This document shows positions 42,288 through 51,434 of a DNA stretch of 64,000 nucleotides, piece after piece (positions within the stretch are counted from its first letter, which is position 1; the number at the start of each line of letters is the position of its first letter). The notes under the pieces are model-generated. The model saw only the letters and a list, made by a program, of their open reading frames with translations, was not told the DNA's origin and did no database searches. This stretch comes from an uncultured delta proteobacterium (GTDB taxonomy: Bacteria; Desulfobacterota; Binatia; UBA9968). Position numbers and translations under genes: made by a program. Where the stretch lies: positions 32,001-96,000 of the forward strand of contig CAVXEP010000015.1 in NCBI GenBank assembly GCA_963760795.1. The letters are read 5' to 3'.

Positions 42288-43031
42288 TCACAACCGATAC
42301 TTTCCACTTAACAGATTACGCCGCACGGTGAAGGTATCGCCCAGGACATGGAAATAGTCTGACAATTTTACATGGCTGCGGTCGTCGTTGAGCCAACGCG
42401 CCGAAATGACGCCGATTTTGTAGCCCAGCCGTTGCGCCAGCGCCAGCACTTCGATATCGAATCCCCAGCCGTCGATGGTCGTCTGCGCGAAGATCCGCTC
42501 CGCCGCTTCGGCCCGAAAGGCCTTAAAGCCGCACTGGGTATCCCAGATTCCCGGCACCACGGCGATCTGCACAATCCGATTGCCGAGCCGGCCAATGGCG
42601 CGCTTGTACCAGGCCTGGGAAATCACTTGCAGCGCCTCGGGTACGTCCTTAGCATTGCGCGACGCGATGACAACATCGTAGCCCTGGTCGAACAGCGGCT
42701 TCATTTTGTCAAAGTGAGCAATATCCGTAGAGTTGTCCGCATCGCAGAATAACCGGACCTCGCCTTTGGCAGCGAGCATGCCTTCTTTGACGGTGTAGCC
42801 TTTACCGCGATTGTCTTTGCGATCAAGGATCTTTAGTTGAGGCACATCGCGTGCCACGCTGCGCACGATATCGAGCGTTGCATCAGTTGGGCCATCGAGA
42901 ACAACTATGATCTCGGAACTGAATGGACGCTGCAACAAATATTCCTGCATACGTTGAAGGGTGTTCGGTAATCTCGCCGCCTCATTGTACGCGGGAACGA
43001 CTATCGACAAATAAGCTCCGGGTTGTGTCAA
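42288..43031 (-). CDS. Dolichyl/polyprenyl-phosphate glycosyltransferase (Alg5/DPG-synthase-like GT2)
   Basis: SIVVPAYNEAARL, NRGKG, CDADNST, DTQCGFKAF, GWGFDIEVL. Confidence 0.9.
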   Translation of the reverse strand: MTQPGAYLSIVVPAYNEAARLPNTLQRMQEYLLQRPFSSEIIVVLDGPTDATLDIVRSVARDVPQLKILDRKDNRGKGYTVKEGMLAAKGEVRLFCDADNSTDIAHFDKMKPLFDQGYDVVIASRNAKDVPEALQVISQAWYKRAIGRLGNRIVQIAVVPGIWDTQCGFKAFRAEAAERIFAQTTIDGWGFDIEVLALAQRLGYKIGVISARWLNDDRSHVKLSDYFHVLGDTFTVRRNLLSGKYRL

Positions 43032-43188
43032 TTATGCATCCTGACTGACTCGGCCTTGGCCAAACACCGAAACCTTAATGACTTAACCTTTCGTCTCCTC
43101 GACCCGCCAGAACGGCGGTCGGTCTTGGCAGTGAACCGCTTGGCGGATCATCGTCACAAACTGTCTATGCCGCAGTACAGTAACGTGC

Positions 43189-45213
43189 TTATCTGGCGGT
43201 CGGACTGGAGCGCAAAATGCGCAACGATTCGGCTAAATGTTTGGCGCCCTCTTCTTTGTTTCCAAGTTCCAACTGACCGCGACCAAGGCTCTCGTGAGCT
43301 TCGGCATCATGAGGCAAGAGCCTCGTCGCTTCGCGAAAGTAATTTACCGCATCGTTAAGTTTCCCTTGCGCCGCTAAAACCCGCCCCATTTGCAAGAGAA
43401 TTCGCCCGTCATGTGGATCTTTTTTTGCGGCAATAGCCAAGACCTGCGCCGCCTCGTCAAGGCGGCCTTCGACAGCCAAGATCATTCCCAGTTTGACCCG
43501 TGCTAGGTTGCGTTCGGGCGCTAATTCTATGACTTTTCGTAAGTGTTCAACAGCTTCTCGGGTCTGCGCTTGGTTGACTAAAGCGGTAGCCAGATTTTCT
43601 CGAGCTTCGATGCTGTTTGGATTGAATTGAACAAACACCCGGTAGTGTTCGAGCGCTTCGGCCATCTTTCCTTGTTTATACAGTAACGCGCCCGCACGTT
43701 CGTGGGCATCCCAATGTTCCGGGTTGAGCTCGAGCGCGCGGCGGTATGACGAAACTGCGTCGCCGTAATTTCCTTGTGACTCGGACAGCATCGCGAGATT
43801 GTAATAAGCTGAGCTGGTAGGATTCATCGCAGCAGCATTTCTCCATAGAGTCTCAGCGTTTTGCCACAGCGGAATTTGCCGCCAAGTGAGCACCCCTAAA
43901 GTGGTTAACCCGGCTACAATGATGGATGCACAGGAAACCAACACCGGGGTTCGCATTCCTCGCACCGCAACAACATAGAGACCGCGTTCAGCACAGGCGC
44001 CGATCAACAGCGTCCAGGGCAGCGCGGCAAGATAGGTGAACCGATCGGCGAAGACCTGCTCGACCGGAAATCCGTCCCGGAAAACCGGCAGCAATAGCAA
44101 TATATAACAGAGCCACAACGGGACTAATGCAGGCCACTTGTGACGCAGGACAACAACGAGTGCGCCGAGAACCATGCTCGCCGCGATAAATAACGCCATA
44201 GACGATGCCGTTAACTCGTAAGCCGGCGTCAAACCGATCGGCAATATTGCGTTCCACAAATAAAGCGCCGGTGCGGCAAGCTGATCGAGCGCCCAATGGA
44301 GTACATTTCCTCGGTGGGTGGTCAGCTGAGACGGATCCTCATAACGACCGGCAATGACCGCCACGACCGCATACGCACCCGACAGGAGTATATAGGGCGA
44401 CTGATCTCTTAACGACCGTCCTACGCTACCCGGCATATCGTTTTTCGGACTGCCATCCGCCCTTGCGGCAAAGTGGTGCATGATCGATAAGATCGCAGGC
44501 AAAAAAAATCCACTCGGTCCGGCTAAAAGACTAAGCAAAAATGTCGCCAGCGAGGCAAATCTCCAGGCCGCGCTCATTACACCACCTGCCGCGCCGGCGA
44601 TTGCCTTGAGATAAATTAACAGACTCAAGAGAAAAAACATTGAAGCGATGAGTTCGCCTCGTGTAGACGCCCATGCCACAGATTCGACCCGGAGCGGATG
44701 GAGCGCGAAGCTAAGAGCAGCAACCGCAGCGGGCAAACCAAACCATTTCACGCCTGGGTATGCATCGCCCCTTTGCCAGTGAACAAACAGCGCCACAGCG
44801 ATGTGATAGAAGATCACTGCGTTGACGATATGGACAGACAAATTTATTAAGTGATAGCCAAACGGGTCGGTCCACCAAAACACATGGTTGATACCGAGAC
44901 TCAACCAGGCGACTGGCTGGAACTGACCGAAGTGAAAGCCCGTGAACATCCATTGAAGCTGGACCCAGCCGAGCCCACGATAGCCCAGGTTTTCGACAAG
45001 CAGCCGCGTGTCGGAATCAACAAAACCATTGTTGAGTACCGGTAAAAACACCAAAAAGGTGACCCCAATAATGATCGACGGAAAAACACTCGGCCCCGAT
45101 AGAATTCGGCAACCGCTGAGGAAAGTCTGCAGCTGTGCCGCAGACGATGGATCAGTCACCGGAGCCGTTCGAGAAACCGCCGGTATGCGGCGCCGAGTTT
45201 GCTTCGCCTTCAT
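43189..45213 (-). CDS. TMTC-like GT-C + TPR membrane protein
   Basis: LNNGFVDSD, YHLINLSVH, FALHPLRVESVAWAS.R, ADRFTYL, W.NAETLW, then several TPRs. Confidence 0.88.
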   Translation of the reverse strand: MKAKQTRRRIPAVSRTAPVTDPSSAAQLQTFLSGCRILSGPSVFPSIIIGVTFLVFLPVLNNGFVDSDTRLLVENLGYRGLGWVQLQWMFTGFHFGQFQPVAWLSLGINHVFWWTDPFGYHLINLSVHIVNAVIFYHIAVALFVHWQRGDAYPGVKWFGLPAAVAALSFALHPLRVESVAWASTRGELIASMFFLLSLLIYLKAIAGAAGGVMSAAWRFASLATFLLSLLAGPSGFFLPAILSIMHHFAARADGSPKNDMPGSVGRSLRDQSPYILLSGAYAVVAVIAGRYEDPSQLTTHRGNVLHWALDQLAAPALYLWNAILPIGLTPAYELTASSMALFIAASMVLGALVVVLRHKWPALVPLWLCYILLLLPVFRDGFPVEQVFADRFTYLAALPWTLLIGACAERGLYVVAVRGMRTPVLVSCASIIVAGLTTLGVLTWRQIPLWQNAETLWRNAAAMNPTSSAYYNLAMLSESQGNYGDAVSSYRRALELNPEHWDAHERAGALLYKQGKMAEALEHYRVFVQFNPNSIEARENLATALVNQAQTREAVEHLRKVIELAPERNLARVKLGMILAVEGRLDEAAQVLAIAAKKDPHDGRILLQMGRVLAAQGKLNDAVNYFREATRLLPHDAEAHESLGRGQLELGNKEEGAKHLAESLRILRSSPTAR

Positions 45214-45268
45214 CTAATTTGTCGAACTGTGATCGAACGATCGAGCGGACGCTTGCCCGCGCCGGTGG

Positions 45269-46780
45269 TTATTTTTTTTTGCCGGACTTGCGCGACGCCG
45301 CCGCCACCGCGAGTTTATTATTCTGCCGGTCTCTCTGGCGCGAGCCGCGCGCATTTCCAGAGACCACGGCTCCCTTCCTTTGGGAAAACACCTGAAAGAT
45401 CGTTTCTCCCAGTATCCCGGCGACTAGTGCCAACCAAAATAGCCTTTGGTGAAAATCGCCGTAATCAGCCATGACTCGCTGCTTGAGTGTCCACACGTTC
45501 GGCGCCATAACGCCTTGCACTCCGTAATTTGTCGCCGCCACCGCGAATACTACGCTATAGAATAGAGTGCAAAAGACCAGCCCGCGGGCGACCTTTCCTG
45601 GCCAACCCGCGACATGAAAGAATGCCGGCAGCCCCAACGCGAGAATTGCATACAAAGGCAGAAAAAAACGGCCCATGCCCCAACCCACTGACCCATGATG
45701 CTCCATAGTAACAATAAACAAAAAATGGACTGCCGCTAAAAGTATCAACATATGCCGCACGCGGGGTTTGAGGGGTGCGCCGAGCATGAGGCCGATGGCC
45801 CCTAAAAAAAACACCGGAAACGTCCATAGTAAGCCGTACTCCGACTGCCATAGGTAAAATCCAATTTTCTCCCAGGCATTAGACAGGTTAAGGGGCGATG
45901 GAAAATTCTGGTCGAACCCGCCGGCCGAATAACCGGTAGCGAAAGGCGATCCAAAAACCGTCGCGTTTGAGATCGGCAGAATCGATAGTGTCGGCAAGAA
46001 CGCCAACGTGAAACAAACCATGGAGCGGCGCGACGGGCGGCTGACAATTAGGTACACGCAAATCAGCAAAACGATCGGCAGCACCAAATAAGTCGTCACC
46101 ACGGCGAATGCGAGGAGAAAACCAACAGCCAGCGCACAGAGGGATGCGCCAAGGCCATTGTCGGTTGATCGGCACTGCCAGATAACTAGGCCAAGGAGAA
46201 TCAGCGCGACCGCCAGACTGTCATGATAGAGCACTCCAGACGCAGCCCACCACGGACTCGAGAAGGCAACCGTCATGCTGGCGAAAGCCGCAGCCAGCCA
46301 TGGAATTTCCCAGTACCGTCCCAGGACAAAAAGCGCCATGACTCCGAGCGCGCCCAGTGGCGCGGTTAAGCTCCAGACCAAGATTTTCCACACCAGTGGC
46401 TCGTGTGTCTCGAATCGCCATCCCAAATGCACGCATACGGCATACCATGGCGCCGCCAGAAGAAATTGTCCGGGGGCATGATTCACATAGTACCTGCCGC
46501 CGTAGGGGAAAATATTGAAAAGTTCACGGAAGGCAGCAGTCTTCGTGTCGAAGTTTTCGAACACCCGTTCATTGTTGGCTTCCTTGATGTTGCCATGAAC
46601 AAAGTGCAACCGACCGCGCTCCACCAGGGCTTCGACCACGGCACCCTGCAGCGCAAACGGACGCTGCTCGACCGTTGCAAACAATACCCAACAAACCAGG
46701 AATATGCCGACCGCGGTCCACCGGTCACGCTGTTGCCACTGGACTAAAGAGCCCGCAGGAGAATTCATCGTATCGGCCAA
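45269..46780 (-). CDS. Polytopic membrane protein, probable GT-C fold
   Basis: ALVERG.L, YYVNHAPG, FGSPFATGY, GLLWTFP, GWGMGRFFLP; about 11 TM helices. Confidence 0.65.
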   Translation of the reverse strand: MADTMNSPAGSLVQWQQRDRWTAVGIFLVCWVLFATVEQRPFALQGAVVEALVERGRLHFVHGNIKEANNERVFENFDTKTAAFRELFNIFPYGGRYYVNHAPGQFLLAAPWYAVCVHLGWRFETHEPLVWKILVWSLTAPLGALGVMALFVLGRYWEIPWLAAAFASMTVAFSSPWWAASGVLYHDSLAVALILLGLVIWQCRSTDNGLGASLCALAVGFLLAFAVVTTYLVLPIVLLICVYLIVSRPSRRSMVCFTLAFLPTLSILPISNATVFGSPFATGYSAGGFDQNFPSPLNLSNAWEKIGFYLWQSEYGLLWTFPVFFLGAIGLMLGAPLKPRVRHMLILLAAVHFLFIVTMEHHGSVGWGMGRFFLPLYAILALGLPAFFHVAGWPGKVARGLVFCTLFYSVVFAVAATNYGVQGVMAPNVWTLKQRVMADYGDFHQRLFWLALVAGILGETIFQVFSQRKGAVVSGNARGSRQRDRQNNKLAVAAASRKSGKKK

Positions 46781-47292
46781 GACGCTAATCGAATTACTGA
46801 TACTGCCAAACCTTTTCGCCGGTTTGTCGCATGTGATTTTTCACGAGCCAAGTGAAAATCAGCAGCGCTGCGCATGAAAGTTCGCGTTTCTTCGTCGTCA
46901 ATCTGCTACAGCCTGCCAAGCTTCGTCTTGTCTCGAGAGATGCTCAAACAGAACATACTATTAAATCGCGTTCAAACCCTATTCTCACGTGTCGGCGGTT
47001 ATCCGCGCCGACTTCATGCTTGTACATGGCCGCGCTTGCGGGTATTTTTGCACAGGGCAAGCCAACTCGTCGGTCGATTTACCAATACGCTGCATGAGTC
47101 TTATTGACAATTTTTTGCCGCTTCGGAATGATCTGTGCAGCGTTCATGGGCTGCTCACTGTCCCCAAGATGTTATCCCTGAGGCCTCTCGATTTAACTCT
47201 TCATGGGAGGCAAGTTATCGCTCAAGCCGCTTGGTTGTGATCAAAACATCAACACCGAGGGCGTTAGCGCATAACTGTAAAGCCAATCACCG

Positions 47293-49378
47293 ATGCTAGA
47301 AACTTCTCGGTATCCCGGCTTACGACCGAACTTGACCGGCATCATGCTAGCCTGGTGCATTTTGGTGTTTATCGAGTTTACTTTTTTCGTATTGATTTCG
47401 CGTAGCGCGTTTCATAGTCGCGAATTGCCTCTTGGCGCTCTCCTTCTTCTTTTCAGCGAGTCGGTCACGCTACTTACAATCGTGACTTTTGTCATCGGCG
47501 CCGCGCTGGCAACCGGGGGCATCGCTATTCAAAGATATTTCTCCCCTGGGCCTCGGACAATTTGGATCATCCGCTTCCTGGGCACATCGCTAGTTTGGCT
47601 AGGCCTCATAGTCTATGGCGCAAGCTGGAGTCTATTCTGGCAAACCGGCAGCTTTATCGGCAAACAAGTGTTCATCTTTTTAGCGCCCCATCCGCTGCAG
47701 GTTTTCCATTGGGTCGACTTCGATATAGCCTGTGCCATAGTCGCGGTCGCCGGGGTCGGCGCGTTTGTCCTCACCGTGGCGATTCCGCAGCTGGGTCGCG
47801 GCGCATTCGTCAACGGTTCAGCTCCAGTTATTGCGAAGCGGCAACCGAGCGATAGTTGTTTTTGCCATCGGCGCGCTGCTCGGCTTCGTGTACAGCCAAG
47901 GCGGCGATCGCAAATCCACAAAGGCTGGGATCGTCTATACTAGAATCCGCGAAAATATCTCCGGCCCGTGGTCTTTTGCGTTCGCCGAATTTGTCAAACC
48001 GACAAGTGATTCGGTAACGGGACTGCCCATCGACAAGAGTTTTCGGATATCGCAACGGCCGCTCATGCCGGTCGATCGATACACCGCTATGGCTCGGCAA
48101 AAACCCCACCACCAATGGAATGTCGTGCTGCTGACCGTCGAATCGCTTCGCGCCGATCAATTGCGCGCTTATGGCGGTGGTCGAGAGGTCATGCCGGCTC
48201 TAGACCAGCTCGCCAGCGAGGCGCGGGTCTTCCTGAACAGCTACACCCAGTCCAGCCACACCAATTACGCTACGATCGTGCCGCTGTCGTCGCATTATCC
48301 GTTACGCTCGGCAACCATGTATAGCTACCCGAAAAATCCGACTTATCCACGAGTCTTGATCTACGACTTGCTTAAGGCACTCGGTTATCGCACCGCGATC
48401 TTCTCTTCATCGAATGAAAATTGGAGCGGCATGAACAATTATTTAGAAACTGGAAACCTCGATCGATTTATTCATGCCGCCAATTCAAAGAAGCCCACCT
48501 ATCTCATGCCAGGAGACGCCGGATTCGCCACGTGGGCTCGAGACTCCAATCATGCCGGGAGCCTCGATGACCGCACGACCGTCGATGAAGCCCTTGAATG
48601 GCTTGATGGCCTTGGTAACGAACCCTTCTTTGTGGCACTGAATTTTCAGAACAGCCATCTCCCTTACCCCATCCCGCCGGACTTTCCGCGACGATTCGGA
48701 CCAGCGAAACTCGACTTCACGATTCGCTTCGCCCACTTCCCGAAGGACAAGGTAGAGATCGTCAAAGATGTGTATGCGGATAGCCTGGCGTACGTTGATT
48801 CTCAGATTCAGCGTTTTATTCAACATCTCAAACTCAAGAACAAGTGGGACAACACCCTGGTGATTATCACCGGCGACCACGGCCAGGCTTTTTATGAACA
48901 TGGGTTTGCCTCTCATGCGAGTGCAATCTTCGACGAAGTCATGCGCGTTCCCTTGATCGTCCGTGCGCCCGGACTCAAAGCTGGGCGTGAGAATCGCCTC
49001 GCCCAGCATGTCGATATCGCGCCGTCGATCACTGGACTGCTTGGCCTGCCCAATCATCCAAGCTTCCAAGGAATCGATCTCTTCGCCACGCCGGAGAACC
49101 CCAGCCGAGCCGCGTACATGGTTGCCCAAACACCGGATGCCTATCAATACGGTATCGTGCGCGCAGGCTTCAAACTCATCTTTGATGAAAGACTGCGAGT
49201 ACATCGGCTCTTCAACCTTGAAACGGATCCTGGCGAGAAACAGGATGTAGCCACCACCGAGCCAGTGATTGTGAAGGAACTGGCAACCCGTCTAAACACC
49301 TGGCGTAAACTCCAAATCGATTATTATTCGGACCCCACGGTCCAAAAGCGCGAGTACCCACCGATACTCAACGATTAG
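47293..49378 (+). CDS. Membrane-anchored alkaline-phosphatase-superfamily (sulfatase/LtaS-like) protein; frameshift at ~47788
   Basis: About 5 TM helices (ORF 47293..47943) join ORF 47765..49378 as IP[c]SWV. Motifs VLLTVESLRAD, SHLPY, TGDHG, VPLIV, HVDIAP, LFNLETDPGE. Confidence 0.85.
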
Positions 49379-49411
49379 CTGGTCGATCCCATCCCAAAGC
49401 GCTGGTGCACC

Positions 49412-51376
49412 TTGGCAAAAAGCCGGCATCAAAGAAAAAAACCAACCAACGACCGACCGGCAGCGACGCGCTCACGTTTGCATCGCGGCTCGACGGCCGA
49501 ACACAATTACCATTTCCCCAGATGGGCCGGTGTAGTGTTTATACTCCATGCCTTTGCCCTCGCGCTGAGCTTTGAAACAATCTACGCGCTATTTGGCAAC
49601 CAGCCGCTGATCGACCAGGACTGGGGGCTGCACTTCCATCATCTGAAATCACTGGAAGCTTTCTGGCGCGATAGCGCTGGTTTGTCGGGCTACAACCCCT
49701 ACTTCATGGCCGGCTATCCATCGAACACGATCCAAGATTTGAGCGTCAAATTTTTCGAATTCGCTTCGCTGGGACTCGCGACCATCGGATTAGCGCCGGC
49801 CCAAGGGTTCAAGATCACCGCATTCCTGGCCATGGCCAGCGTACCAGGGCTGAGCTATTTTGCCGGGCGTAATTTTTTCTATAACCACGAGTCAAGGGAC
49901 ATGATCGCCCTCGGCTCTGCCTCGTTGGGCGCCCTCTATTGGTGGAACTCCTTGCCGCGGGAAATGTTTTTCTACGGCATGATCGGCTTTCCCGTGGCAG
50001 CCTATTTCAGCGTCTGGGGAGTGTCCTTGTTCTACCGCTTGGTCATGGAGTCGCCGAAACCGGGGCTACTCCATGTTGGCTGGCTCTTGTTCGCGGCAGT
50101 GATTCTCCCATTGCATGTCCAGTCGCTGGTTATTTTCGCGCCGTCGATGATCGCGCTATTGATCGTCCAGCCAAGACGAATGACAGCAATGTTATTTTTT
50201 TGGCTGGTTGCAGCGCTGGCGCTTTGCGCCCTGGTAAACTTCCCATGGCTCATAACCGCGTTCAATCACCGTCACGACGACGTTTCTTCAGCCATCGTCG
50301 CGCAGCTGCCGCTGTTTGCCAGCAGCGATCCGTTGACGTTCTTGATCGACTATCTCGGCGCCAAGGGGTATTGGACGTTTCGTCCATCGTTTGTCGAAAA
50401 AGGCTTTCGCCTCATGCTGTTGATTTTGGGCGTGCTTGGAACCATTGAGTTAATCAAGAAAGGCAACCGCCCTGTCGGCATTGCGCTCACTGCGGGGCTG
50501 TTGAGCCTGTTCGTATTAACCTACTTCGGCGCCTTCATTCCTGGTCTGGCGGCTTGGCAGCCGTTGCGTTTCAAGGTCCCGTTCGATCTTTTCCTGGTGA
50601 TTGGCGCGGCGTATTGCCTCAACCAATGGCTTACCGGTCAGAAAGCGTGGCGCTTTCATCTCGTTCCGGCAACGTTCGCGCTGGGCGGCTTGGCCTTCGC
50701 GATCAATCTTGTTCAGACAGAGTCGATGGGCAAGCTGCAACTGCGTACCCGCATGGTTCCGGAAATCACGGCGATTGTCGACTGGGTTGGCCGTGAAACG
50801 CCGCGCGACGCCCGAGTGCTGTTCGAAGAATCCGGCGATGAAACCGGCTTTGTCTACGACGGCATCTATCTGTCATCTTTTCTGCCGCACTTGAGCGACC
50901 GGCAGTTGATCGGCGGCCCGATCAATATCTACAATGATCGCCACCATTTCGCCGAGTTTCATTCGGGCCAGCTTTTTAAGCGCGACATTGGCACCATTTC
51001 TGACGATGACCTGCGTAACTATTTGCGACTGTACAACATCGGCGCGGTAGTCGCTTTTCATCCGGCTTCGATTAAAAAGCTGCTGTCGATACCTGGTCTC
51101 GTGACTGTCGATCGGCGCATCGGACCGATCCATCTAATGAAAGTAAATCAGCCGCTGAGCTGGTTTGTGGAGGGTGACGGAAAAGTGCAAGCCGGCGCCA
51201 ATCGTTTAGAGCTTCACGACCTGAAAGGCAGTGAAATCGTGCTTAAATATCATTGGGTCGCCGGCCTTAACAGCGAGCCTGCCGCAAAGATCGAAGCGGT
51301 CAAACTAGCCGACGATCCGATTCCGTTCATTAAACTCATCGACCCACCGTCGTCATTGGTCTTGCGCGTCCAATAG
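49412..51376 (+). CDS. Polytopic membrane protein, probable GT-C fold, with a periplasmic C-terminal domain
   Basis: First-loop DQDWGLH and GYNPYFMAGYP; about 12 TM helices; ARVLFE..YNIGAVV tail. Confidence 0.68.
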   Translation: MAKSRHQRKKPTNDRPAATRSRLHRGSTAEHNYHFPRWAGVVFILHAFALALSFETIYALFGNQPLIDQDWGLHFHHLKSLEAFWRDSAGLSGYNPYFMAGYPSNTIQDLSVKFFEFASLGLATIGLAPAQGFKITAFLAMASVPGLSYFAGRNFFYNHESRDMIALGSASLGALYWWNSLPREMFFYGMIGFPVAAYFSVWGVSLFYRLVMESPKPGLLHVGWLLFAAVILPLHVQSLVIFAPSMIALLIVQPRRMTAMLFFWLVAALALCALVNFPWLITAFNHRHDDVSSAIVAQLPLFASSDPLTFLIDYLGAKGYWTFRPSFVEKGFRLMLLILGVLGTIELIKKGNRPVGIALTAGLLSLFVLTYFGAFIPGLAAWQPLRFKVPFDLFLVIGAAYCLNQWLTGQKAWRFHLVPATFALGGLAFAINLVQTESMGKLQLRTRMVPEITAIVDWVGRETPRDARVLFEESGDETGFVYDGIYLSSFLPHLSDRQLIGGPINIYNDRHHFAEFHSGQLFKRDIGTISDDDLRNYLRLYNIGAVVAFHPASIKKLLSIPGLVTVDRRIGPIHLMKVNQPLSWFVEGDGKVQAGANRLELHDLKGSEIVLKYHWVAGLNSEPAAKIEAVKLADDPIPFIKLIDPPSSLVLRVQ

Positions 51377-51434
51377 CTCCCGGCATGTCGTCAAGCGCTT
51401 ACCACTTGGAACCGCGCCATGTTACATCGAGATA

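Noticed and set aside
47049-47075. gcacagggcaa resembling the start of a c-di-GMP-I riboswitch
   Set aside because: The GAAA-capped P2 and the GACGCAAAG-like continuation are absent.
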